Shown here: piece by piece, positions 55,515 to 64,000 of the stretch
Layout: every line of letters starts with the position of its first letter
How positions within the stretch are numbered: the first letter of the stretch is position 1
From: Myxococcales bacterium
GTDB lineage: Bacteria > Myxococcota_A > Polyangia > Polyangiales > DASUME01
Direction: 5' to 3'
DNA: 64,000 nucleotides
NCBI GenBank assembly: GCA_047601445.1
Contig: JASGJH010000001.1
Coordinates: 6,720,001-6,784,000 of the forward strand
Translations under genes and position numbers: made by a program
The notes under the pieces: model-generated
Told to the model about the DNA's origin: nothing
Databases searched by the model: none
What the model saw: only the letters and a program-made list of their open reading frames with translations

Positions 55515-56378
55515 TCAGCAACCTGGCTGTTGCACGGTTGCGAAGGTGGGGGCGACGGACGCCTTCTTCTCGTCGATGCGCTCGTAAAACCAGCACCACG
55601 AGTGGGCGTGGCCACCGACGAATCGTGGCATGTTGGATGCGGCTACCTCGAAAGCGACCACATCGCCGGAGCTGTTGAAGTGATCTGCAAGTCGGACCGC
55701 GAGCTGTCCGAGGATGGCCTCGTCTCGATACATCGAGCCCGTGACGGAGTGCACCACCTCGTCGATCGCCGCTCTGCGTTCCAAAGGTCGCGCCACGGCG
55801 AGCGCAGCCTCGAGCGCACGCATCAAGACGTCGCTCGGTGGACTTGGCGAAGCGTCGTCCAGGTCGTACTCGGTCGCAGCTTTGAGTTCGGCACGATCCA
55901 CGCGCACGCCATATTGCGTGCAGAGCGCGAGCGGATAGATCTCGCCAACACTCCAAAACACCAGCTCGGGCCGGTCGTACAGCGCGTGGGCCTCTTGTAG
56001 CTGGGTGTAGAACTCGCACAGCGACCAGGCGAGTTCCTGGCGTGAGATGAGCGCATCGACGAGCAAGACGACCTGAGAATCCGCGCGAAAGCGATGCACC
56101 TTCAGCAAAGCCGCAGCGAGCTGCTGACGCCGTTTCGTGGAAAAGGCGTCCTCCGACCAGATGAACCGCATGAGCACGTCTTCGATGTCAGCGTCGGTTT
56201 TCCGAGCGGCAGCGAAAAGACAGGCTTTCCAATCGAGGGGGGCACCGTGCTCGCTCTGGCAGGTCGGCCCGTCAGCGACGACGGTACCTGGCAGCAGAGC
56301 CCATGCCGTGACCATTGCGACGAGGCGCTTCGACAGTTCAATCACGGCTAAAACGTCCTGCGCAAAGCGATCCCCCAC
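55515..56378 (-). CDS. Hypothetical protein (start uncertain)
   Basis: 287-aa ORF with protein-like composition, co-oriented with its neighbours. Confidence 0.5.
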   Translation of the reverse strand: MGDRFAQDVLAVIELSKRLVAMVTAWALLPGTVVADGPTCQSEHGAPLDWKACLFAAARKTDADIEDVLMRFIWSEDAFSTKRRQQLAAALLKVHRFRADSQVVLLVDALISRQELAWSLCEFYTQLQEAHALYDRPELVFWSVGEIYPLALCTQYGVRVDRAELKAATEYDLDDASPSPPSDVLMRALEAALAVARPLERRAAIDEVVHSVTGSMYRDEAILGQLAVRLADHFNSSGDVVAFEVAASNMPRFVGGHAHSWCWFYERIDEKKASVAPTFATVQQPGC

Positions 56379-56911
56379 GGAGCCCCGCTCGTGCGGGGCA
56401 CCACCGGCACCAAGGAGAACGCCGCAGGGCCTGAGCTCTTGAGTTCACGTATCTCGCGGTTGATCTCGCGTACTCGCGGCTGTCTGGTCGTCCTCAATTT
56501 CGCTCCCAGTGCCATGGCGCCGCCGACCAGGATCAGAACGGGTGCCGAGCTCATGAGGACGACGCCCACGGTGGTGGCGGGACCGCTCTGGTGACCGTTT
56601 TCGCCGAGATCCGAGTCGCCGATCAAGAGCAGGGCGCCGACTACCAGCGACCCTCCACCCAGGCCCATGAGTGAAAATCCCACGGCACGGATACGGTGGT
56701 AGCGCGGAGTGCGGCGGGCGCGGATGAGGGCCCTGCGCTCGGCCACCAGCGCCGCGATGCGCTCATTGCGACAGGTCTCGCTCTCGAGGTAGGAACAGGT
56801 GGGGACGGGGCTCGCATCAGGTGTTTGAGCGGAGGCGCTGGCCATGGGGGCCAACACAGCGAACCACAGGGCGACGACGGAGCACGCCGTGACTAGCCAC
56901 GGCCACGACAT
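56348..56911 (-). CDS. Exported/membrane protein with hydrophobic hairpin and terminal beta-strand
   Basis: Signal ASA-Q, two Gly-rich TM segments, C-terminal GIALRRTF. Confidence 0.6.
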   Translation of the reverse strand: MSWPWLVTACSVVALWFAVLAPMASASAQTPDASPVPTCSYLESETCRNERIAALVAERRALIRARRTPRYHRIRAVGFSLMGLGGGSLVVGALLLIGDSDLGENGHQSGPATTVGVVLMSSAPVLILVGGAMALGAKLRTTRQPRVREINREIRELKSSGPAAFSLVPVVPRTSGAPWGIALRRTF

Positions 56912-57110
56912 CGTGACGGAGTGGCGCGGCCACTTGCTCGGGGTGACTCGTTCCTCGTGCCGCACGGCGTTCCTAACCAGGGGTTGAACGGGAAATTTCG
57001 TCCAATTTGCCGTCGTGAGCAAGCGCAAGTGCCGGCTCAGCTTTCTCGCTGGGCTCGCGGTCTTCGTAGCGTGGGGCCGGCACAGCAAGGCGCGGGTGGG
57101 TCGATGACCC

Positions 57111-57740
57111 TCAAGCCCAGGCCGCCACAACCACTCCATCTACTACGTCCAGCCAGAGCCGCGCCGGTTGGGTTGTTCCCGGCGCGATGTGCGCGAGCTC
57201 TGCGGCCACTTCGTTGAACACGGGCTCTGCGTTTCCGTACAGCCCATCCAGATTCCCAAACCACGTCGCCGATCCGGCCTCGTTTAGGCCCACAAAGGGC
57301 CGACCCAACAAGGGGCGAGCCATCCCGTCCACTTGCTCTTCGACAAGTTCGTCGATGGTGAGTCTCTCGATGATGGGCCACGCACCGCTGGTCCCTTCTC
57401 GGGGCACGAACGGTACGCGGACCATGGCCACCGCTTCAATTGCCGTGGATGCGTACCCAACCAACGTCCGCCAGTTCTGGCCGAAGCTCTCCTCAACTCG
57501 ACTGACGACGAATACCTCGGTACCTGGCCGTGCAGCCAGTGCAGTCTGGACCTCGACGATGATGGTGTCCTGCTCGGGAGCGACCTTCGTGTAGAGCTGT
57601 TCGGCCCACGGGTCGCCATTACGCCGAAGCGTCTCCAGGTAGACCTCGCGCGCGTGAGTCGCAGCAGCCTGGTCGTGAAAGAGCCCAACCAAGACGTCCA
57701 AACCGCTATAGTGCGAGATGCGGCGAATGATGAGAAACAT
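57111..57740 (-). CDS. Hypothetical protein
   Basis: 209-aa ORF with extended -10-like TGCTACCCT just upstream. Confidence 0.5.
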   Translation of the reverse strand: MFLIIRRISHYSGLDVLVGLFHDQAAATHAREVYLETLRRNGDPWAEQLYTKVAPEQDTIIVEVQTALAARPGTEVFVVSRVEESFGQNWRTLVGYASTAIEAVAMVRVPFVPREGTSGAWPIIERLTIDELVEEQVDGMARPLLGRPFVGLNEAGSATWFGNLDGLYGNAEPVFNEVAAELAHIAPGTTQPARLWLDVVDGVVVAAWA

Positions 57741-57908
57741 CGATTCTTAGGGTAGCAAGGTCCAGCGTCACGGGTGGCTTTGCAAGCACACTGGAGGGAT
57801 TCACCCTGAACACGGCTTGAAGCGGTGACGAGCGTTGAGCGACTCTGTCGATGGGTTGGCCGCGGGCGGGTCCGACGGTGATGCGCCCGGGTGGAAGAGT
57901 AGGGCCGG

Positions 57909-58442
57909 ATGGAGTTTGATGACCTCAAAGCAACCTGGGATGGAGACAACTGGCTTGCCAGCGTCCGCGTTCCCACATGGGCTCCCTTCTTGCGAGAGTC
58001 CTCAGACCGAGTTCAGCTCACGTTCCTTCGCGACGAGGAGGCCGACGAGCAGCAGCCACCGTCGCCGGTGCAGTTGGCCACCGCGGCATGGTTCGCACAG
58101 AACGAGGGGGCCCTCGCGGGCTTGGTGGCCGCAGCGATGCGCGCCTACTACGACGAGTCTCGTCCCAAGTACCTCGATTTTCTCGAGGACGCGGCGTCTG
58201 AGATGCCCGCGGACCCGACACCTGAGAAGTTTGCCGAACTACATGGGCTCCACGAGGTTCTCGTGCATGCGACGGAGCTCGCGGGCTTGGCCTATGTGGG
58301 CTTGAACTTCGGCGCCTCCTGGGAGCGCGAGCATGGCCTCGGTGTGCTGATGCACGACCGGCGCATCGTCGACATCGGTGGCGCAGACACGTCTTTCATC
58401 GGGTGGAACGCGGACCAAGACAAGCGAGCACGGGAAGGCTAG
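57909..58442 (+). CDS. DUF6985-like protein
   Basis: YVGL.F..SWEREHGLGVLMH..RIVDIG.AD motif. Confidence 0.7.
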   Translation: MEFDDLKATWDGDNWLASVRVPTWAPFLRESSDRVQLTFLRDEEADEQQPPSPVQLATAAWFAQNEGALAGLVAAAMRAYYDESRPKYLDFLEDAASEMPADPTPEKFAELHGLHEVLVHATELAGLAYVGLNFGASWEREHGLGVLMHDRRIVDIGGADTSFIGWNADQDKRAREG

Positions 58443-58999
58443 TTCCCTGCGAGTTGCTCCTTGAGGTCGTCGTCCAGCGGCGTCTCGCCGAGCCATGCGC
58501 CGAACACTGCGTCGGCGAAGTCCTTGCCAGGGATCACGCCGCTGTCGGTGCCGGGCCCGCGCAGGCGGGTGCCCTGGCCGGGCACATAGGTGATCACCAA
58601 GCGCTGACCCTCTTTGGCATCGGGCAGCGCAGCGAGGAAGCGCTCGAGACGCTTGGCCAGTAGAGGCAGGTGAGCCTGCGCGTTGGTCGTGATGCCGTCG
58701 TGAAACTCTTCCACCAGTCGCTTCCTCGGTGCACTGTGCGTGAGCAGCAATTCGAGTTGCCGCAGGCCGTCGTGGGTGAGGATCTGCGCAGGGCTCGCGC
58801 TGTTCACCTCGAGGTAGAGCCCGATCGTGTAGACCTTGATGCGAAAGATGGACTTCTGGCGCACTCCGCTGCCGTTCAACTTGAGCTGCTTGCCCTCGAC
58901 GGTGACGACGCTCGGTAGCGCTCCGTCGGCCGACACATGAGGTACGGCCGCGAGCGACAGACCGCTCGCAAGTACGAACACCTTCATGGATGTCTTCAT
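58439..58999 (-). CDS. Chalcone-isomerase-fold periplasmic protein
   Basis: LKLNGSGVRQK...KVY.IGLYL...FADAVF..WLG..P...LKEQL. Confidence 0.88.
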   Translation of the reverse strand: MKTSMKVFVLASGLSLAAVPHVSADGALPSVVTVEGKQLKLNGSGVRQKSIFRIKVYTIGLYLEVNSASPAQILTHDGLRQLELLLTHSAPRKRLVEEFHDGITTNAQAHLPLLAKRLERFLAALPDAKEGQRLVITYVPGQGTRLRGPGTDSGVIPGKDFADAVFGAWLGETPLDDDLKEQLAGN

Positions 59000-59127
59000 G
59001 GATTCACCTCGAGTCCATGTTGGCGACGGGCCATCCCGGTGCAATGCCAATGCGTGAATCGCTGCGAGTTCTGAGACAGTCGGGGTTGACTGTCCAAGAA
59101 CGGCACACGCGGAGCCGCAGCACTCGA

Positions 59128-61170
59128 TCACAACGTCTTCAAGTACTCAATCAGCGCCCGCCGCTCGCCATCCGTCAGAACGCTCGTGAACGCGTGGCCT
59201 CCATTGCCCTGCGAGTAGTGATGCGTGTTGTAGATCTTGCGCTTTTCCAGCGTCTGGGCGTCCTGTGGCTGAGGGCCCACGTTCCAGCTGAACCAGACGC
59301 TGTCGTAGGGTCCCGAGCCGAGTGCTGCAGCACGGTCGCTGGTCTCGTCGTCCGCCGCACCGCAATCGAGTTCGGGCGTGAGCAGCTTGTCGCCGCAGGG
59401 GAGGTCTTCGTACTTCCAGCCGAGGCGTTCATGATCGTAGGCACGGGTCAGGTCGGTGTCGTAGCCCATGAACGCGTCCGGTGAGCTCGCCGGGGCCGGC
59501 GCAGACACGCGGCGCCAGATGTCTTTGCGCGCGGAGGGGTCGAGGACTTCCCATGCATTGGGCACCGAGCCGTTGTGAAAGTAGGGCGCGGTGGCCCACA
59601 CACCGTAGAGCGGAGGGGCGAGGTAGCCTCCCTGGTCGCTCACACCAAAGCACGCTCCGGGCTCGTCGGCCGTACCGTAGGACCACCAGGAGTATTGCAG
59701 TGTCTTCTGTAGGCCCTCGTTGAGCGAGCGGTAGCGGGCGGGGTCAGTGTCGATGATCTGCAGCGGAACGACGAAGGCGGCGATGCCCTCGAGTTCGGGA
59801 CGCTCGAGGTAGGCGGTATCGTGCACGTAGCGTGGCGCATAGACGCCGTGGCAAGACGCGCACGAGCCATTTCCTCCCGCAGGTCGTGGCACTGGGTTGG
59901 CGAGGTTCGGGGCCCACAGGTCGATGTTGTGGAAGAGGATGGCGCCCGCTTCGGCCAGCTCCTGGTTCAGTTCGCCGGGGTAGGCGGGGGAGGTGAGAGA
60001 CTCGATCCAGAGCTGCACGTCGCCGTCGCGCTCGTCGATCCATTCACGACCACGCTGGACATCCAGGATGCTCGAGTAGGTGAACAAGGGCATGAAGAAG
60101 CCCATCACGGGTCGGGCGTCGTCCATGCTGAAGCTGCCATCGTGGAAGCGGCGCGTGCGGTGGCCTGCGTTCCACCACACGGGATAGTCCACGCTGCCCT
60201 GGGCCGGTGCGGCCACCAGGGATTCGTTGTAGTGCTGCGCGCGATCCACATCGAGGGCGGCGATCGCCGGGTACAGCAGGATATCGCCCGTGCCACGCAC
60301 CTTGTTGGCAGCGACGGGCACGAGTCCCGTGAGACCCCCCATGAACTTGCCGAAGCCGGCGCTCACGTCGAGCAGGGAGTTGCCGCTGCCGTACAGCGTG
60401 CCGAGTCCTGGCCCGTCGCCGCTCTCACCGACCTTGCTGCTGTGACACCAGTGGCAGTTGAAGCTGATGCTCCCGAGGTAACGACCCTCGTCATCGCGCA
60501 GTTGAGTGAGCGCCACAGGCAGCTGGCCGGAGCCGCCGGCCGTGGTGTTGGGATCTTCGCCCGGCAGTGGATAGGGATTGCGCGCTTCGCCCAGCGGGAT
60601 GCCCCAGCGTTCGGCCACCAGCTGGTCGAACTCAGCGGGGCGCTCTGACATGCCCCACTCGCGCCACAGACTGTTGTAGTCACCCGGGGCGATGGTGAGC
60701 ATGGCATCGCCGTGGTTTCCGCCGAAGAACCACATGCGTCCGCCTTCCATCATCCCCTTGCCGCGCGCGAGGGCAGCGCGGTACGCACCGCAGGTCGCAG
60801 GTGCATTGCCGTCGCAATCGCTCCAGTACGCGTTGAAGATGGGGATGCCCGCATCGACGCCGGGCTTGACGAGTGTGCGTGGATCGGTGGGCAGAGGCGC
60901 GTCGTCGGGCTGGTCCTCGCAGAAGCGATTCCAGACGTGACCGCCGTGTGCGCTTCCGAGCAGAGGGAGCTGCGGGTCGTCGCTGTTCGATGGATTGTGC
61001 GAGTCGGGCTCCGATGGTGCGGGCTCTCCGGCGTCGCGTTCCTCTCGGGCGGACGACGGTTCGCGAGAAGTGACGGGCCCCTGCGGATGTTCGGCTCCGC
61101 TGCAGCCGCCCCACGCGACCGCCAGGGCCAGCACCGACAGCGATGAGGCCAACTCCGTACGAGATGTCAT
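59128..61170 (-). CDS. RoxA/RoxB-like extracellular dihaem cytochrome c (rubber oxygenase family)
   Basis: CHWCH and CASCH haem motifs; GYLAPPLYGVWATAPYFHNGSVP; GNGGH.F...ERRALIEYLKTL; lipobox. Confidence 0.8.
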   Translation of the reverse strand: MTSRTELASSLSVLALAVAWGGCSGAEHPQGPVTSREPSSAREERDAGEPAPSEPDSHNPSNSDDPQLPLLGSAHGGHVWNRFCEDQPDDAPLPTDPRTLVKPGVDAGIPIFNAYWSDCDGNAPATCGAYRAALARGKGMMEGGRMWFFGGNHGDAMLTIAPGDYNSLWREWGMSERPAEFDQLVAERWGIPLGEARNPYPLPGEDPNTTAGGSGQLPVALTQLRDDEGRYLGSISFNCHWCHSSKVGESGDGPGLGTLYGSGNSLLDVSAGFGKFMGGLTGLVPVAANKVRGTGDILLYPAIAALDVDRAQHYNESLVAAPAQGSVDYPVWWNAGHRTRRFHDGSFSMDDARPVMGFFMPLFTYSSILDVQRGREWIDERDGDVQLWIESLTSPAYPGELNQELAEAGAILFHNIDLWAPNLANPVPRPAGGNGSCASCHGVYAPRYVHDTAYLERPELEGIAAFVVPLQIIDTDPARYRSLNEGLQKTLQYSWWSYGTADEPGACFGVSDQGGYLAPPLYGVWATAPYFHNGSVPNAWEVLDPSARKDIWRRVSAPAPASSPDAFMGYDTDLTRAYDHERLGWKYEDLPCGDKLLTPELDCGAADDETSDRAAALGSGPYDSVWFSWNVGPQPQDAQTLEKRKIYNTHHYSQGNGGHAFTSVLTDGERRALIEYLKTL

Positions 61171-61300
61171 GTCTGCCCCCAAGCCAAGCCAAGCACTACG
61201 TCGGCGGTGGGCGGCTCGTCCCCCGGCGTTCTCGCGCGACCCGAGAAGACCTGGAGGACACCTTGCCATCCATCGCCGTCTTGGGTTGTACTCCAGCGCG

Positions 61301-61972
61301 ATGTCCCCAAGTACTCGCATTGCTTCGCGTCTGCCTTCGGTGCCGCGTGCGCGCCGGAAGCCACGCTTAACCCCGAAGAAAGTGCCTCAGCAGCCGCGGG
61401 CTCGGCTCACCTTCGACAGCATCCTCGACGCGAGTGCTCGAATTCTCGGGGAGCTCGGTTACGACGCCTTGACGACCAACGGAGCCGCGGCAGTGGCAGG
61501 GGTCGCGGTGGGTGGCGTGTACGCGTACTTTCCCAACAAGGAGACCATCGTGGCCGAGCTCGTGCGGCGCACGATCGCGGACATTCTGGTCGAGATCGAG
61601 CAGACTTTCGCCGCAGCGGGCACCTTGGCGGATTCTGGCGAAGCCATCGAGCAGCTCGTGCGCCAGAGCGCGCAGGTTTTGGCTCGGCGACGGGAACTCT
61701 TGCGGGTGTTCTTCGAGCAAGTGCCGTTCCTTTCCGACCTCGACGAGGTCAAGACGTTCCCGTTCAAGCTGTTCGAGATCGCATGGCGCTCCCGCGCGAT
61801 TTCGCATCCCGGGGTCTCCGAGAACAACGAGCTGGCGCGCGCCTACCTCTACTTGCTGATTCCCATCGGTCGTTGGGTGCCGTACGCAGCCATCATCGAC
61901 CGGCCTGCCTGGCTCAGCGCGGAGGCCGCGGAGGAGGCGATGGTCACGATCTTCCGGCGTCTGCTGGCCTGA
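61301..61972 (+). CDS. TetR/AcrR family regulator
   Basis: PQQPRAR...ILDA...TTN..A..AGV.VG.VY.YFPNKE. Confidence 0.9.
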   Translation: MSPSTRIASRLPSVPRARRKPRLTPKKVPQQPRARLTFDSILDASARILGELGYDALTTNGAAAVAGVAVGGVYAYFPNKETIVAELVRRTIADILVEIEQTFAAAGTLADSGEAIEQLVRQSAQVLARRRELLRVFFEQVPFLSDLDEVKTFPFKLFEIAWRSRAISHPGVSENNELARAYLYLLIPIGRWVPYAAIIDRPAWLSAEAAEEAMVTIFRRLLA

Positions 61973-62025
61973 CGCTGCGGAATCCCGCCGAGGCGGCAGC
62001 CGCGCAGAGTGCTAGCCTTCCGGCC

Positions 62026-63153
62026 GTGCGGGCGGGCGGTTGGCTAGTTTTCGCGACGACTCTTCTCTGGTGTCAGCTGGCTCATGCTGCGTTTGGTCTG
62101 CACTGGGTCCGCGTAAAGGGCGCGGAGAGCTGCATCGATCCGTACAGCCTTGCTGTGCGCGTCGAGGCATTGACGGGCCCGGTCTTCGCGTCGCCTTCCG
62201 CGACGGACCTCGTGATCGAAGGCGAGGTGGCACCCATTTCTGCAAGCGGGCCTGCCAGTGATTCTGGCCCAGTCGAAGCGCTTGCACTCGCCGGTGAGCA
62301 GAGCCCAGGTCGCTTCCGTGTTCGGCTTACGTTGAGCCGTCGCAGTGGCGCACCCGAGCGGGAGCGAGTTCTGGTCAGCTCTGGCGCGGACTGCCGCGAG
62401 CTCGACGCAACCGTAGCGTTCATCATCGCCCTGACGATCGATCCGCGCTTGGGTCTCGCCAAGCTGCCACCCGAGCTGGCAGCCCAGTTTGCCCAGGAGA
62501 TTCCTCCCGAAGAGGTCTTGCTCGAGGAGCTAAACGCGGCCCCACCGCAGCCTGTGGCACCCGCGCCAGCACCCGCCGTGGTCCGGCCGGTGTCCGCGAC
62601 CAAGCCGCCTTCGACTCGACCGGCGCCTGCGCCGCCCGGGCGTACGGAGGTGGCGCTTGCCGGAGCGTTCTTGAGCGGAACCTTGCCGCAGGTGATGGTG
62701 GGGGCTGGGGGCGCCGTCGGGGTCAAGGCGCTCTCCTATCTGACCGTGCTCGCGGACGCCCACGCGTTTTTCAGCCCATCGGCCCAGAACCTTCGGGAGG
62801 GTAGGGCTCGCTTCCGGGTTTACGATCTCGGCGTTTCGCTGTGTCCGACCCTGCCGGTGGGACGGCTGCAGCTGCGCGCCTGCGCGGGACCGCTTCTCAT
62901 GCGAGGAGAAGGCCTGGGGCAGGGCTTCAAGGTGAACCATCGTGCGGCCTTCTGGGACGTCGGTCTGCGGTTTGGGGGCGGCGGGACGCTGGCCCTGAGG
63001 CGCGGTTGGGGGCTGTTTCTCGACGTCAGCGGCCGGGTCCGCTTCAACGACAAATCCTTCAAGATTGCGCAAACTTGGGGGCAGCCTGTGACGGCGACGA
63101 CGGTGCACCGACTGGGCCTAATGGTCCTATTCGGGCCGAGCTACCGATTTTAA
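62026..63153 (+). CDS. ECF-associated exported protein with C-terminal beta-barrel (paralogue of 29555-30580)
   Basis: AHA signal, WVRVKGAESC...GADC, IALTIDP, Pro linker, strands ending SYRF. Confidence 0.7.
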   Translation: MRAGGWLVFATTLLWCQLAHAAFGLHWVRVKGAESCIDPYSLAVRVEALTGPVFASPSATDLVIEGEVAPISASGPASDSGPVEALALAGEQSPGRFRVRLTLSRRSGAPERERVLVSSGADCRELDATVAFIIALTIDPRLGLAKLPPELAAQFAQEIPPEEVLLEELNAAPPQPVAPAPAPAVVRPVSATKPPSTRPAPAPPGRTEVALAGAFLSGTLPQVMVGAGGAVGVKALSYLTVLADAHAFFSPSAQNLREGRARFRVYDLGVSLCPTLPVGRLQLRACAGPLLMRGEGLGQGFKVNHRAAFWDVGLRFGGGGTLALRRGWGLFLDVSGRVRFNDKSFKIAQTWGQPVTATTVHRLGLMVLFGPSYRF

Positions 63154-63264
63154 TTTGGAAATTCGCGCCCCGAAGGACACGCACGCTTTACTGGAGTTCT
63201 GACCCTGTCCGCCCCCCTGCCAGAGACGACCTTTCAGGCCGTCTTCCAAGCGCACGCCCCCTTC

Positions 63265-63798
63265 GTGTGGCGCGTCCTGCGACGCTATGGGGTGAAGCCG
63301 GCCGATCTCGAGGACCTCTGCCAGGAAGTCTTCTTGGTCGTGTTCCGCAAGCTCTCGAGCTTCGAGGGCAGGTCCTCCGTTCGCACCTGGCTCTACGAGA
63401 TCGCACGGCGCACGGCGCTCGCCCATCGGCGCGGCGTTCGTACGCGCTCCGAGGTCGAGACGCCCGCTCTCGAGCTCAGCGGCAACAGCCGCACCCCCGA
63501 ACGCGAGCTCGAGGACCGTCGCGCCATGGCGTGGCTCGAACACACGCTCGCGCAGCTCGATGAAGACAAGCGCGAGGCCTTCGTGCTCCACGAGATCGAG
63601 GGCATGACCCTGGCCGAGGTGGCTGCCGCCGTGGGAGCCCCGGTCAATACCGTGCACTATCGGGTGCACGCGGCGCGCGGGCTGATTCAAGCCGCGAGCA
63701 ACAGGGCAAACCTGGTGCGGAGCGGGACGTTCGCGCCTACACGCAGCGACGCCTCCGATGCAAGCAGATCCTGCGAGCCAAGTAAGGAGATGCGATGA
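63265..63798 (+). CDS. ECF sigma factor (true start probably ~60 nt upstream)
   Basis: EDLCQEVF, RTWLYEIA, EGMTLAEVA, NTVHYR. Confidence 0.9.
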   Translation: MWRVLRRYGVKPADLEDLCQEVFLVVFRKLSSFEGRSSVRTWLYEIARRTALAHRRGVRTRSEVETPALELSGNSRTPERELEDRRAMAWLEHTLAQLDEDKREAFVLHEIEGMTLAEVAAAVGAPVNTVHYRVHAARGLIQAASNRANLVRSGTFAPTRSDASDASRSCEPSKEMR

Positions 63799-64000
63799 CA
63801 CACGACATCGACCCGCCGGGGGCTGGGCCTGACCTGGCCATGGAGCCATGGGTGGATGCGCCGGAGCTCTTTGCGAGGGCCAAGCAAGTCCAGCTCGCAG
63901 AGGGGCCCGACGATGCCGCGCAGGCGCGCATGCTCGCGCTGCTCATGACGGATCTCCAGGCACCGGCGAGCGCTCTACCTGCGCGAGCAGCGCGTTGGGT
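63795..64000 (+). CDS. Putative anti-sigma factor, runs off the window
   Basis: ATGA overlap with the sigma gene, RBS AAGGAG, open frame to the window end. Confidence 0.55.
   Translation, partial: MTHDIDPPGAGPDLAMEPWVDAPELFARAKQVQLAEGPDDAAQARMLALLMTDLQAPASALPARAARW

Noticed and set aside
55515..58442. Possible toxin-immunity or mobile island
   Set aside because: Only hypotheticals and a DUF6985-like gene; no toxin domain, integrase or flanking repeats recognised.
61207..62025. N-terminal 273 aa of the 648-aa ORF
   Set aside because: Overlaps TetR in another frame; signal peptide begins near 62026.
1..64000. tRNA, rRNA, transposase or prophage genes
   Set aside because: No recognisable motifs; intergenic gaps are short and accounted for.

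Overview
High-GC (~67-70%) bacterial DNA with a myxobacterial character: MYXO-CTERM proteins, Cys-rich lipoproteins, ECF/anti-sigma triads and a PilT paralogue. About 50 CDS; no rRNA, tRNA, CRISPR or IS element seen. All family calls are by-eye motif recognition, not database searches. Highlights: (1) a complete eukaryote-type ADAM metalloprotease (prodomain, reprolysin, disintegrin, Cys-rich, membrane anchor) directly behind a lipoprotein serpin; (2) a bacterial HPF1 (histone PARylation factor 1/DUF2228) homologue lacking the catalytic Asp-Glu; (3) two back-to-back paralogous signalling modules (outer-membrane receptor/porin + orphan periplasmic binding proteins + 'SPIGAT' receiver + hybrid kinase-Hpt) around a sigma-54 activator with a visible promoter and candidate enhancer; (4) a RoxA/RoxB-like dihaem oxygenase opposite a TetR gene; (5) four +1 frameshifts, all at or beside (A)GATC, probably methylation-linked base-calling errors rather than pseudogenes.
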